Assembly (NCBI GenBank): GCA_965644295.1
Contig: CBFFRP010000076.1
Coordinates: forward strand, 99,324 to 163,323
Length of the DNA: 64,000 bases
Direction of reading: 5' to 3'
Source: Paraphysomonas bandaiensis
Taxonomy: Eukaryota; Protista; Chrysophyceae
The first letter of the stretch is position 1; each line of letters begins with the position of its first letter. The notes beneath the pieces are model-generated. The model searched no databases. It worked only from the letters and a program-made list of their open reading frames with translations, and had not been told where the DNA came from. Both the position numbers and the translations under genes were made by a program. This document shows, piece after piece, positions 11,929 through 24,607 of this stretch.

Positions 11929-12261
11929 AAATGCTATATTGTGATCATTACTATAAGCGAATAGAGTATAAAAAAATTACGTATTCGTGACTGAGGACAG
12001 CTAACAATATTAAAAATTTTCTACTTAGCTATCTTATAATATTGCGAATAATGTGCAGAAAATGTTTTAGAACTGCAGACATATCAGTAATTACGAATTA
12101 GCTATTCGCTGCTCTTTTGGAGGCGTACCTACAAGCATAACCTCAAATATGATTGCACTTTCAAATTAGGGAGCATACTGGCTGGCAAAATCGAGCATTA
12201 CAGTGGTAACATATATTCTAAAGACACAGATATTCTAATACATTGCAACGCCTGTCATTAG

Positions 12262-13755
12262 TCATGATACGAATCCTGTGTTTTCCAGCGTGCTTCGAAT
12301 AATGACACTCTTGCACGCGTTGAACACAACCATAACGCTGGTTTGGTCCGTTGCACAAGTGACATGCTGAAAGACTTCTTGGTGCGTCGAATTTCGTTCC
12401 ATGAACTTTCCAACAAAGTACGCAATACCTTCGTCACGGTTACAAGGGGTGCCAGAATAATCTCTGAAATCGGGTACTGACGATATTGGCACATGTTTGA
12501 TCTGAAAAAAAATGGTACATGAAATTAGAAAAAAGCATAGGCGTATATTTAAACTGTTTTACCTTCTCCTCATACAAATCGCTCTTGTTTAGAAAGAGAA
12601 TCATTGCCGAGTGGACGAACGCACTCTCGTTCACTGTTTGCTCGAATAGATCAAGTGCCTCAGTCTAAATTATCCAATAACATTTACACGACTTGACAAC
12701 AGATTACTAGAAGTGAACAAACCATTCTGTTGACTGAATTTTCTTCGAATAAAGTCTGGTCATACTCAGAGAGAGCGGCGACAAACATTACGCCATGCAC
12801 ACCCTCAAAACAATGTATCCACTTGCGTCTCTCATTTCGTTGCCCACCTACATCGAAAAACTGGAAAATCTATACACACAATTCCCTGTCAGCAGTAGCA
12901 ATATACAACATACACGACGCAAGTCTCACTTGATCATCAATTTTAAGCCGCTCCTCACGAATCCCTGTGGTACGAATGCGGGCCAGGACGATATCAGACT
13001 CAGAGGGAATGTATTCTTCGGTCGCAATCTGGGTAAAGTGAATTAAACACACCATCCACATTAAGAGCTCCAACATAAGCACCAGGAATAATAGAGCTTA
13101 CCTCTTCAACACGGTCCAGGAAAAGCGCAGCGGTGTCAGTGATTTGCAGACGGCTTCTATCTGCCCATGCGCGTTCGATGGCAGGGGAGCGCCACACCGA
13201 CTTTATCGCTGCAACATACTCTGGAGAGAGTTCTGGAAATTCTGTGTACGCAGAGGATATTAAAGACATGTTGTATGTGTGTATTTACGTACTTCTGAAT
13301 TGGTCCCGAGAGAAGTCTGGCGGGCAAAGAATTTTGAAGCTGTCTGTCTGCACTATTGGATCATCAGGATGCTGTTCTAAAACCGCAAGACAAAGTTGGC
13401 CGATGGCTTCCACTGCATTCTGCCGAATAAATAAACGAAATGACATTTTTTCGTCTTCTGTGTAGGCCTGTATACATATGTATATATGTCAATCACTGTG
13501 CGTAGAGCTCATATCTGTACCTCCCCATACAGCAGCCTCATCTGTTTGAATATAGTGCTCTTCCCTGAGTCTCCAGCCCCTAAACACAAACCCCCTGATA
13601 CACTTCACATGCAGTAAGAGTCGTTTACCCAGCAGGAGGATCTTGATCTTCTCGGCCTCTGCTCGGTAGTCTCGAGCATTCTCTTTATCGATCTTTTTGC
13701 TTTGTTCGATAGCCTCCCTCTCGTCTTCGTCTATGCTGGAGCTGCAGATTCCCAT
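12262..13755 (-). CDS. Heterotrimeric G protein alpha subunit, multi-exon
   Basis: MGICSS myristoylation/palmitoylation start; [14 protein letters not shown] (split by an intron), [33 protein letters not shown] and HVTCATD motifs. Confidence 0.95.
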
Positions 13756-14310
13756 ACTGAGAGTGGAAGATACCCGATAAGGTGCTTAATATGTTTGATA
13801 TTATATGGGGTTGTATATAGTTATGCTGCTGACAGGGTGTGGATGTGTGTAGAGTGTATCATACTGCCTGAGCTCGCCTAGAGGGGCGGTATCATGCCTA
13901 TCTGCATACTGCTGTATCATTCCCGTATTATGTTACCAGCAGGCTACTCGTCACATACTGCTGTGTATGTGGTATTCCTACATGTCTAGATGTTCATAAT
14001 AGTAGTGTACTCTGCAAGGAAATATTCAGCGATACGAAGTGTATATATATGTATACTGTGGTATACCGTGATCCAATAGAAGAATCTGGTGAGCAAAGAA
14101 CACTTACATATACACAGCAGTATACCGTATACCTATACAACAGTATTCTGTACCTGTATGACTATGGAATCACCACACTGCTGTGGTTCTGTACAGAGCC
14201 TCTGGACAATACTCACATAACTCCATGAGCCTCATAAGAACCTTATGAACTATTAGTGAGGATTTAGATACGTCACACCTATTCGAATTCGATTAAGTAT
14301 ATTAGTTGTA

Positions 14311-14609
14311 ATGAATTTATTATTGAATTTGGGCGTTCCTCTGTGGGTGTGCATCACTGGTCTCATATGTAAGTGCTTCAGCACATTCATGTCATGTAAT
14401 CACTTTCAATAACAGCGCTCATATGTGCCGTATTTTATATATGGCATCTTTACCATCTGCGGATGGAGAGGAATATGAGAGATCAGGTTAAAAGCATTTT
14501 GTTCGAGTATGTGCCCGCAGACGATTACAACTATGTAGAGATGGAAATGGAGGATATATCCACAGGATCTGCTTCATTATCGCGCTCGCTATTGCAGAAT
14601 CGCGTATAG
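14311..14609 (+). CDS. Small (~83 aa) single-pass membrane protein, two exons, absent from the ORF track
   Basis: ATG 14311, GTAAGT..CAG intron 14369-14415, stop 14607-14609. Product MNLLLNLGVPLWVCITGLISLICAVFYIWHLYHLRMERNMRDQVKSILFEYVPADD... Confidence 0.6.
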
Positions 14610-15498
14610 ATAAACATTTACTGCAGTGTGGACTATTTTATTCTGTATATACTACTTATTTATTATTATTTCCATTACCATGTTGGTGTAGCGTGAGTTG
14701 GATGTGTGGTTGACATAGGTGTCTTGTCTATAGCGTAGAAGTCTGATACCTTGGTGGCGAGTTGCAACTGCATGTTCTGACATAATAGTACTAAAATATG
14801 ATCTGTCAAGATAGTCCTATTCTTTGGCGTATTCGATATTGTGGTAATGCGTGGAACAGGAACACGCCGTGACTTTTGAGATTAGAAACGATAAACTCAT
14901 AGTCACTAGGGTATGGTACCTTCTAATTTCTGGCTATTCAGATTTGTTAACTAATTCAAGATGCTGCTTAGTACCAAATCGTAGCAGTCCGAATTCCATC
15001 AGTATATGCGTATATATTATGTATAAATGTATGTAGTATTCGTGGTATGCGTCTGTGCTGCATACTATAACAAAAGTGATGTGTAATAAGGGTACGGCTA
15101 TGGTTGCGATTTTTTATATTATTTCTCGAAACACTGCTGTAGATGTTTTGAGTCTATGAGTGAGCTAGAATCCTGAAATGTGATATGTAACACGCTGCTA
15201 TTTTCAACCCTTCAAATATAACACTACCTCTATCATGGTGTGTAAATATTCGGGACTACAAAGTGCAATTCATAGGACTGACAGTTGCAAAACATATTAA
15301 GTGTATTCTACTTGAACGTTATGTACCAATTATAAATATCATTGCCGTGGTGCCGGGTATGTAATTGGATAGTGGAGTTCGCGACAAGGATGTATATGGC
15401 TGACAACGCAACTATATTCAAATAACAGAGAAATTGGCGGGTATGAATGATCACGACTTCGCAAATGCAAAAACCATAAGACAGGTGAAAGAATAAAT

Positions 15499-16446
15499 CT
15501 AATTCCCTGCCATTGTGGTCAACGAGTTATCTCCCGCTGACCCATTTCCACCATCTGAGAACCTTTGCTCTCTAGCAGCGTTGAACTGTGCTACATGTTC
15601 GGGGGTACACAAACTCTCTTCCGGGTACGGCCAGTTCCATTTGTATCCGCTATGTGATCCCCCAAGCTCAGTGGGTATCTGCGAGTCATCAATGTGTTCC
15701 CGTAGCACAGATAGATAGTCAGACCCAACTATACACATTTTATCCCTTGTGACGGGATCTATCCAGGGTTTGACTACAGTCCATATCGCAGTAAAATACC
15801 ATGGACAGTTTATTACAAAGAAGCGTTTCAACCTCTCCGGGTAATACTCCTGGTCTATCTCAAGTATGCGTCGGAACACAGAGAGTGATCGGGTGTCAAG
15901 AGAGTAGCTTAATCCTTTCATATTGAATACTATAACTTGTTGCTCCACCGGTTTACCAAGCTTCAATGATATATGATGAAGTCGACACATTGCCAGCTCC
16001 TATATAAGATAAAGATGGTATAAGAATTCCGTGAAAAAGTGTATAAAACTGTTTCAAACCTGGTTGCGTATGTGACGTGTGACCATTTCATCCAACGTGA
16101 TATGATTCGCAAGCTCGCCAAACTTACACGATATATCCCCTGATTGTTCCCAATAAATGGGACACCCTTCTTTGTCTTGGCCCATATGTGTTAGAGGACA
16201 CAGTCTAGTATACACACTCTCGTTTCTGTCCACTATCCCATTCAAAAGGGTGCGAGGAGTATCTCCACTTGTGCATGGGGTTGGTGAGTTCCACCACTCC
16301 ACCCAGGCTGTTGCCATATCAGCTGCTTTAGAGACATTCCCCTTACGAGCACGCAGAAATCTTTTGCAGTCAGCGGGAGAGAGCAGATGCTGATGCTTGG
16401 GATCGATGAGACCCAGCAGCTGCTCGACTAATTCATCGTCATCCAT
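15499..16446 (-). CDS. CRAL-TRIO/Sec14-like lipid-binding protein, two exons
   Basis: KRFLRARKGNV, GQDKEGCPIY and YYPERLKRFFVINCPWYFTAIWTVVKPWIDPVTRDK...IPTELGG motifs; intron ~16000-16059. Confidence 0.93.
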
Positions 16447-16869
16447 GATTACTATGATGTGTAGATGTAGCAGTGGGAAGCAACATGGCTGGACAGACAG
16501 ATGAGCCGTCCGCATAGTTGCTGTATACTGTAGCTATGTAGCTATACACACACCGGGTTCCTACAGCAGCAATATACAGTAATATCTCATCGTCCCATCT
16601 GCCCCAATATCGTCACTCTCCATATGTAGTCTCTTTGTAGCATAAAATACTGCAACACTCCATATGAAATACCATGTACAACATGCATACACCCCCCTAC
16701 CTGTTGCAGAATATCTTTCCACATATGGCACACATACACCTGAGAGACCCGGCAGCATAGAGATTCTACTCTACTATTCTGCTGTACTAATCCATAAGAT
16801 AGTTAAACAGCGTTAGATACACGCACAGGAAGAGGAAAAGGCTTAGCATTAGATCAGGTGGTGGTGAGC

Positions 16870-17913
16870 ATGGATACATTCCAGAGAGCAGTAGAGAGCA
16901 GTGGAGGCATATCAGAGAGCGTATCAGGCCTGAGGAAACAAATAGAGAGCATACGAGAGAGACATGAGAGAGAACTGACTGTGTGTTTAGAGGGACTAAA
17001 CGAGATTCACATCCAATCAGATAGTTTGAAATCACAATCGATTGAAAATAAAGAGACTTTCACTCAACAGCAGCAGGTGTTAGAAGATTTAAAAGCACAG
17101 CGGGCGATCGAACTAACAGACCATGAAGCTCAATTGACTCAATTACGTCTGTCTGCCAGTGAGGCAGAGGATAAACTGAAACTACAAGTAGTAACACTTC
17201 AAAATGAAAACGGAAAGTTGCTTTCAGAAATGGAAGCATTACGTAAGCGAAGCGATATGCTCGAGCGCGACAAGAACACATTGACTTCACAGCTTACTGC
17301 TGCACAGGAGGAGTATGAGAAGCAAGGTGCGGAGTTAAAACAGCGTGAGAAAGCAGCTAAGGCCGCTTCAAAGAATTTTCAGCTACAGATTCGTGACCTT
17401 GAAGCTGAGCAGGCCAAGATGAGTGAAAAGACCCTGCGGTTGGTGACAGAAAACGAAGAATTGACTTTACATGTCAGGCAACTGCAGCAAGAAGTAGAGG
17501 AACATATCAGACTGGCTGGGGAGCTAGCAGCAGAAAAAGAACAGAATAAGATTTTAATTGGGCGATTGAGTGCTTTGGAGACAGAGGGTAATAGCAGAGA
17601 CACGGAGAAAGAAGAAACCATTGCAAGGTTAACCCAAGAACTCATAGATGCGAAAATGGAAGCTGCTCGGTATGCTAACGAAGCGGATGTGGAAAGCAAA
17701 CGTGTGGCTCAGCTAACCCGTGCATTATCTGCCCATATGGAAGAGGAGCATGACTCTACTCATGGGAAGAGTAGCACTTCCGACCAGTCAGCAAGCGTAG
17801 GTTCGAGTGGCAAAAAATTTAAACTCTCGGAGACCATGGATCGCCTTAAAGTTAAAGCAATATCTGGTTTAGACAAGAAGTTATCCACACCTGAGACTAA
17901 TAAGAAAAAATGA
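16870..17913 (+). CDS. Coiled-coil protein of unknown function
   Basis: ~347-aa E/K/Q/L-rich heptad ORF divergent from the CRAL-TRIO gene. Confidence 0.75.
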   Translation: MDTFQRAVESSGGISESVSGLRKQIESIRERHERELTVCLEGLNEIHIQSDSLKSQSIENKETFTQQQQVLEDLKAQRAIELTDHEAQLTQLRLSASEAEDKLKLQVVTLQNENGKLLSEMEALRKRSDMLERDKNTLTSQLTAAQEEYEKQGAELKQREKAAKAASKNFQLQIRDLEAEQAKMSEKTLRLVTENEELTLHVRQLQQEVEEHIRLAGELAAEKEQNKILIGRLSALETEGNSRDTEKEETIARLTQELIDAKMEAARYANEADVESKRVAQLTRALSAHMEEEHDSTHGKSSTSDQSASVGSSGKKFKLSETMDRLKVKAISGLDKKLSTPETNKKK

Positions 17914-18282
17914 CGTCTATATTGGTGGTTTTATATAACAATGAAATTGCTATGGACACATCCGTTTGAAATACAGACTTCCTTTTATCAGCAGTTCTAT
18001 ATTATATAATTGCAATCATTCATGAATAGCTACCGAAATATAGCAGTGTTAATAGCAGTTTATTAAATAGCACAGCATTGGTAGGAATAGGGCTAAAACG
18101 AAATTTGGACTCGACCTGTACAAAGCCACATGCTTCGACTGTGGTGGTTTTCGACTTGACTCTCTCAAACACATGTATCTTGATTGATTCGACTCACTAA
18201 TCCAGAATTCTGTGCCTCCACAAAGTCCTGTGGAGCCCTTACCCAAGGGGCGTCTTCCTGACTAACCACTTCTGTATTTCAA

Positions 18283-20095
18283 CAGGGCTGCGTAACAATT
18301 ACTTTAATTGCAATTAATTGTAATTGCAATAATAATTGCTTGCTGGAAGGTTGCAATTAAATTGCAAATAATTGGCAATTATATACTATATAGTATAAGG
18401 ACATATTATTAAATTAGAGCTTGGAAAACATGAAGGACGATGGCCATTTATTGCCCTTAATGGCCATCACCCTTCTTCATAGCTATTAACATGGTGGGAA
18501 GGCTGGCTCTCGTTATAAATCTCTTTACATTAAAAGAGAGGTGCTGTTTCTTTGTAAGGTCGAATATGTGTCTTTCCTCTTAACCTTAAGCAACAAGACT
18601 AAGTTCAGCTCGATCCATAGCGTAATACCCTTCTAGTTTAAGATATATATCGCTAAAAGTAGTGTGGCAATCATCTTCGATCCTGGACTGCCTTACAAGA
18701 CACTGCAGGATTGAAGTTCACAACGACTTTCAGAGAGCAAAACTCAACATTACTTAGACAATAATTGGCAATTAAATTGCAATTATAATTGCGCGAGCTA
18801 TAGCTAATAATTGAAATTTAATTGCTAAACAACGCATGCAATTTAATTGCAATTATTGAATGTCAGATTATTATGAAGCGCAAGCTTGTGCGTTGCCGCG
18901 ACCAACCTAACAACTCGCGCGACACTATGCATAACATGACTCTCATCTAGTTACTATTGCATGCACCGACAAGTGCTCAACTATACAACACGATTTAGTT
19001 AGCTACATGGGCATACGACGAGTTGCGTGTTTACGCCGGATCATACGCTCCTGCCCAATCTACTTGTCCTAACACAAACAACTTGCGGTCGGTGTCTTCG
19101 GCATATGTCTCCTGTATATGCGGCAGATCTTTAGGGCCCTCTTCAAGGCGGTGTTCACAGCAGCAGGTAGTCTGGAAGGGAGAATAAAGTAGCTCTATAG
19201 CGCCGGGTCCTCCCACGGTCACGAAGCGGTCTCACTGGTGCAATTTTGCACACTGACGCATGAAACAGACATCTATCAAAATCTGTTACAAATTCAAGCT
19301 GACTCCAATGTCTTCCCTCCATATTGTGTGCACTCGTCCAGCACATGCATCCACCTTGCACTCTTCTCCCGAGTGATTACACTAGTAGGAAACCGTGCAC
19401 CTTCCCCGCTCGGATGAAAACCTACTAAGCAAGAATAACATAAAAGCACCACAAATGTACCTGACACTGCTTGGAGAACAGTGCCAGAGCCTTGATATAA
19501 TCTCAATGACCTGGGTCAGGAGAAACCAAGACTAGGCAGTAGACGTGTGAGAAGACATGACAGGTCTAATCACATCATTGCCATTGCCATGCATCCATGA
19601 GGAAAGTTTGACGCATTACCTCGGTCATTGGCCACACAGGTACCGAATAATGTGAACTCATACTCAGCATCAATCACTCAAAGCAAACGCAGGGAGCAAA
19701 GAATGTTGATATACCTGACATCTGCTGACTTCAGGTTTTTTGAGTTCTTAAGAGGTGAACATCCCGGATGCTTAACTTCAGCAGGCAGCCCAATACCCCG
19801 GTTACCCTTCTGGTGGGCCCTGTCCCGGATGCCCTTGAGGTGGGCCCATTCCCGGATGCCTGTTAATTCGTCAGGGCCCAAAGACGTCTACACATGTGAC
19901 ACTTATTAGTGTCCCTTGTACCACACAAGCATTTGGCTATGAGTGGGCAGAACAATATATCTGCTGACTATATAATATGCGGCTCACGTAAGTTTCCCGG
20001 AGAAATATCTCCGGTACTTATCCCCCAGAACACCACGAAAAGGTGCGAGTCCGACTTTGTTGAGGGTAATTGCAATTAATTGTTACGTAGCCCTG
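18283..20095. mobile_element. Family B MITE-like element (CAGGGCTGCGTA ends, hAT-like) carrying a family A insertion
   Basis: TIRs cagggctgcgtaacaatt ... aattgttacgtagccctg; CAATTAATTG-rich subterminal repeats; related ends at 6516, 7205, 37488, 38354 and 49797. Confidence 0.7.
18856..20066 (-). mobile_element. Family A element, long (1.2 kb) copy with decayed coding-like interior
   Basis: CCCTCAACAAAG end at 20066; other end ...gcggcaacgcacaagc...aataatctgacattcaa; flanked by taattgcaatta at 18844-18855 and 20067-20078; overlapping short minus-strand ORFs at 19031-19506. Confidence 0.7.
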
Positions 20096-20355
20096 TTTTC
20101 TATTTCAAGGACTCCGTCAATAGTGAGCTTCTCCCTCACATACAAGAACGGAAGTGGTCGCACCTTGATGCCTACTATGTAACGCACAAGCAGCTTCCGC
20201 AGCGTTACATTTGCATCAGTTAGTTACAGGCAGAAGTCGATCTAGCTTGACTAGTTTTCATCTATCTACTTACCTGGTGATGATTCTTGACGCCTACTGC
20301 TGATAATTAGATTTTCATATATATATTAAATATTAAATAGCAGTAGAGTTACAAT

Positions 20356-20800
20356 CAGGGCCTGGTAAAAACCGTTAATGGTAATGGCTTAAAGGCCATT
20401 AATGGTAATGCCATTATAATTGCCGGGACATTTTTCATTAATGCCATTATAATTGCCGGGATCAGCACCATCGTTAATGAACCATTAATGGCATCCCAGT
20501 ATTCCAGTAATGATATGCAATGTAGGATTTGGACAACCAGATTCAGAGTGTTTCAGCTATCTAATAATCACCTTAGATCGACAATTTCCTTTCCATGTCA
20601 AGCACATCATCCAAATATCACGAAAATTGCTTGTAAAATAAAATATAAATTGTATGTCTATATATAATTGATAGCAGGGCCTGGTAACCATTAATGGTAA
20701 TGCCATTATAATTGCCGGGACAATTTTAATTAATGGCATTACAATTGCCGGTAACAGGACTACCATTAATGGTATCCCATTAATGACCTGTACTGCTATA
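20356..20800. mobile_element. Family C ends (CAGGGCCTGGTAA..., CCATTAATGG-rich), two copies; duplicated at 23370-23814
   Basis: 20675-20800 closely matches 48696-48833. Confidence 0.65.
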
Positions 20801-21089
20801 TAGAACTAAGTGTTATTACGATAATATAGAATATAGTATCTCCTCTATACTCCGAAGAAACTCTAAACAATATTAGACAACAATGTTCATGCAACTCTAC
20901 AGGCACTCTGTGGCAACCTTGTTTACTATCTTCTTAAGGCATTCTAGAGTTAGAGAATAGTGTCCTGAGCAATATCCATAGCAACGTACCCATATACCCA
21001 AAAACTCTAAAATAATCATTGAAAATATGCATATATTTTACCTAAAAACATTCATAAAAACACTATTTTCCCCCAACGTTGAAGGAAGA

Positions 21090-21385
21090 TGAATAGAAGT
21101 AAGTGCTACCAAGTGTGAATAGAAGTAAGTGTTACTAAGTGTCGAATGTTAGTTAATGTAAGAGTTGATAGTGTTACTAAGTGTGAATAGAAGTAAGTGT
21201 TACTAAGTGTCGAATGTTAGTTAATGTAAGAGTTGATAGTGTTACTAAGTGTGAATAGAAGTAAGTGTTACTAAGTGTGAATAGAAGTAAGTGTTACTAA
21301 GGAAGAAATAGAACGGACTAAGAAATTACTATATATATAATTGATAGTATTACTAAGTGTGAATAGAAATAAGTGTTACTAAGTC
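21090..21385. repeat. Minisatellite of aagtgtgaatagaagtaagtgttact units with a larger compound unit; duplicated at 24104-24399
   Basis: Repeated units read directly from the sequence. Confidence 0.9.
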
Positions 21386-21593
21386 GGATTGCAATTATCG
21401 TGCAAGGCTGTCGGAAAGAAATATGAAGTCATGTGAACTAGGTAAAGAATTATTACATAGAATATGCTATTACTACAATGTTCCGAGTCCGTATACACTT
21501 AGTCAAATTCATATCTCAATACGTCCGGTTATGGAGACCAGTAATGTGTACATAAAATAGTTGTAGCTATTATTAATACGTTAACATAGCTCA

Positions 21594-22331
21594 TTATGCG
21601 TGCTTCTCAAACTCTGCTATGACATGTTCAGGGGCTTGTACTAACTCGACAAGAACGCCTTCAGATCCAATAGGGTGCTGATCGTTGCCTTTGGGATGAA
21701 TAAATGCAACATCGTAGCCAGCTGGCATACAAAGAATAAGCATTTATTCTGCTTACAGAGGCATGTGAAGTAAGAATACCTGCTCCCTTACGAATGCCAC
21801 CCGGTGTAAATCTCACCCCCTTCGCGGTGAGAGAGTCATAAGCGGCGGGCAAATCATCCACCCAAAGGCCGATGTGATTAAGGGCAGGCACGTGAACCTA
21901 CGAATGACACAAGTGACTTGGTGCAACGCCCTCCAATTACACCTACCTTTGGCGCTTTATTAGGGTCAATGGGCTGCATGATATCAAGTTCAACTGCAAG
22001 AGGTCCGGACCCCAACCGAAGTATGTCCTCATCGACATTCTCCTTCTACTTATGGAAGGTCAAACAACGAACACGTAACGCACCCCTTTACCTCTGACTT
22101 ATACGATCCTGTCTTTGAAACGCCCATAATATTCTCCCAGAAATTGCTCAAAGACTAAACAAATATTAAACTATGCACAATAAGGAGTCAGCTGTGTACC
22201 GTCTTATTGAGGCCTCCGATAGCCACTTGCTGAAGACCCAACACACGAAACCCTCGAGCAGTTGAGAACTTCAAATGATGAGCATTTGATAGAGAGCGTC
22301 TGGAGATTAGTGACGAGGTCCTTGATAACAT
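21594..22331 (-). CDS. VOC/glyoxalase-family protein (methylmalonyl-CoA epimerase/lactoylglutathione lyase-like), copy 1
   Basis: MLSRTSS transit-like N-terminus; [56 protein letters not shown] and [11 protein letters not shown] motifs; 4 short introns. Confidence 0.85.
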
Positions 22332-22420
22332 GATACAAACAGTCACTAAAGATGCAATTGGAAAGAGTTTAAGTTTAATCTAGATGATCGATCACCATGG
22401 TACCTACATACCTATACACA

Positions 22421-22660
22421 CATACATACATACATACATACATACATACATACATACATACATACATACATACATACATACATACATACATACATACATA
22501 CATACATACATACATACATACATACATACATACATACATACATACATACATAAATACATACATACATACATACATACATACATACATACATACATACATA
22601 CATACATACATACATACATACATACATACATACATACATACATACATACATACATACATA
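22421..22660. repeat. (CATA)n microsatellite
   Basis: Array ~90 bp upstream of the VOC copy 1 start. Confidence 0.99.
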
Positions 22661-24607
22661 ATAATGTGAACTCATACTCAGCATCAATCACTCAAAGCAA
22701 ACGCAGGGAGCAAAGAATGTTGATATACCTGACATCTGCTGACTTCAGGTTTTTTGAGTTCTTAAGAGGTGAACATCCCGGATGCTTAACTTCAGCAGGC
22801 AGCCCAATACCCCGGTTACCCTTCTGGTGGGCCCTGTCCCGGATGCCCTTGAGGTGGGCCCATTCCCGGATGCCTGTTAATTCGTCAGGGCCCAAAGACG
22901 TCTACACATGTGACACTTATTAGTGTCCCTTGTACCACACAAGCATTTGGCTATGAGTGGGCAGAACAATATATCTGCTGACTATATAATATGCGGCTCA
23001 CGTAAGTTTCCCGGAGAAATATCTCCGGTACTTATCCCCCAGAACACCACGAAAAGGTGCGAGTCCGACTTTGTTGAGGGTAATTGCAATTAATTGTTAC
23101 GTAGCCCTGTTTTCTATTTCAAGGACTCCGTCAATAGTGAGCTTCTCCCTCACATACAAGAACGGAAGTGGTCGCACCTTGATGCCTACTATGTAACGCA
23201 CAAGCAGCTTCCGCAGCGTTACATTTGCATCAGTTAGTTACAGGCAGAAGTCGATCTAGCTTGACTAGTTTTCATCTATCTACTTACCTGGTGATGATTC
23301 TTGACGCCTACTGCTGATAATTAGATTTTCATATATATATTAAATATTAAATAGCAGTAGAGTTACAATCAGGGCCTGGTAAAAACCGTTAATGGTAATG
23401 GCTTAAAGGCCATTAATGGTAATGCCATTATAATTGCCGGGACATTTTTCATTAATGCCATTATAATTGCCGGGATCAGCACCATCGTTAATGAACCATT
23501 AATGGCATCCCAGTATTCCAGTAATGATATGCAATGTAGGATTTGGACAACCAGATTCAGAGTGTTTCAGCTATCTAATAATCACCTTAGATCGACAATT
23601 TCCTTTCCATGTCAAGCACATCATCCAAATATCACGAAAATTGCTTGTAAAATAAAATATAAATTGTATGTCTATATATAATTGATAGCAGGGCCTGGTA
23701 ACCATTAATGGTAATGCCATTATAATTGCCGGGACAATTTTAATTAATGGCATTACAATTGCCGGTAACAGGACTACCATTAATGGTATCCCATTAATGA
23801 CCTGTACTGCTATATAGAACTAAGTGTTATTACGATAATATAGAATATAGTATCTCCTCTATACTCCGAAGAAACTCTAAACAATATTAGACAACAATGT
23901 TCATGCAACTCTACAGGCACTCTGTGGCAACCTTGTTTACTATCTTCTTAAGGCATTCTAGAGTTAGAGAATAGTGTCCTGAGCAATATCCATAGCAACG
24001 TACCCATATACCCAAAAACTCTAAAATAATCATTGAAAATATGCATATATTTTACCTAAAAACATTCATAAAAACACTATTTTCCCCCAACGTTGAAGGA
24101 AGATGAATAGAAGTAAGTGCTACCAAGTGTGAATAGAAGTAAGTGTTACTAAGTGTCGAATGTTAGTTAATGTAAGAGTTGATAGTGTTACTAAGTGTGA
24201 ATAGAAGTAAGTGTTACTAAGTGTCGAATGTTAGTTAATGTAAGAGTTGATAGTGTTACTAAGTGTGAATAGAAGTAAGTGTTACTAAGTGTGAATAGAA
24301 GTAAGTGTTACTAAGGAAGAAATAGAACGGACTAAGAAATTACTATATATATAATTGATAGTATTACTAAGTGTGAATAGAAATAAGTGTTACTAAGTCG
24401 GATTGCAATTATCGTGCAAGGCTGTCGGAAAGAAATATGAAGTCATGTGAACTAGGTAAAGAATTATTACATAGAATATGCTATTACTACAATGTTCCGA
24501 GTCCGTATACACTTAGTCAAATTCATATCTCAATACGTCCGGTTATGGAGACCAGTAATGTGTACATAAAATAGTTGTAGCTATTATTAATACGTTAACA
24601 TAGCTCA

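Noticed and set aside
21090-21385. Repeat-spacer-like pattern resembling a CRISPR array
   Set aside because: The 'spacers' are themselves repeated, no cas genes are present and the context is eukaryotic; it is a minisatellite
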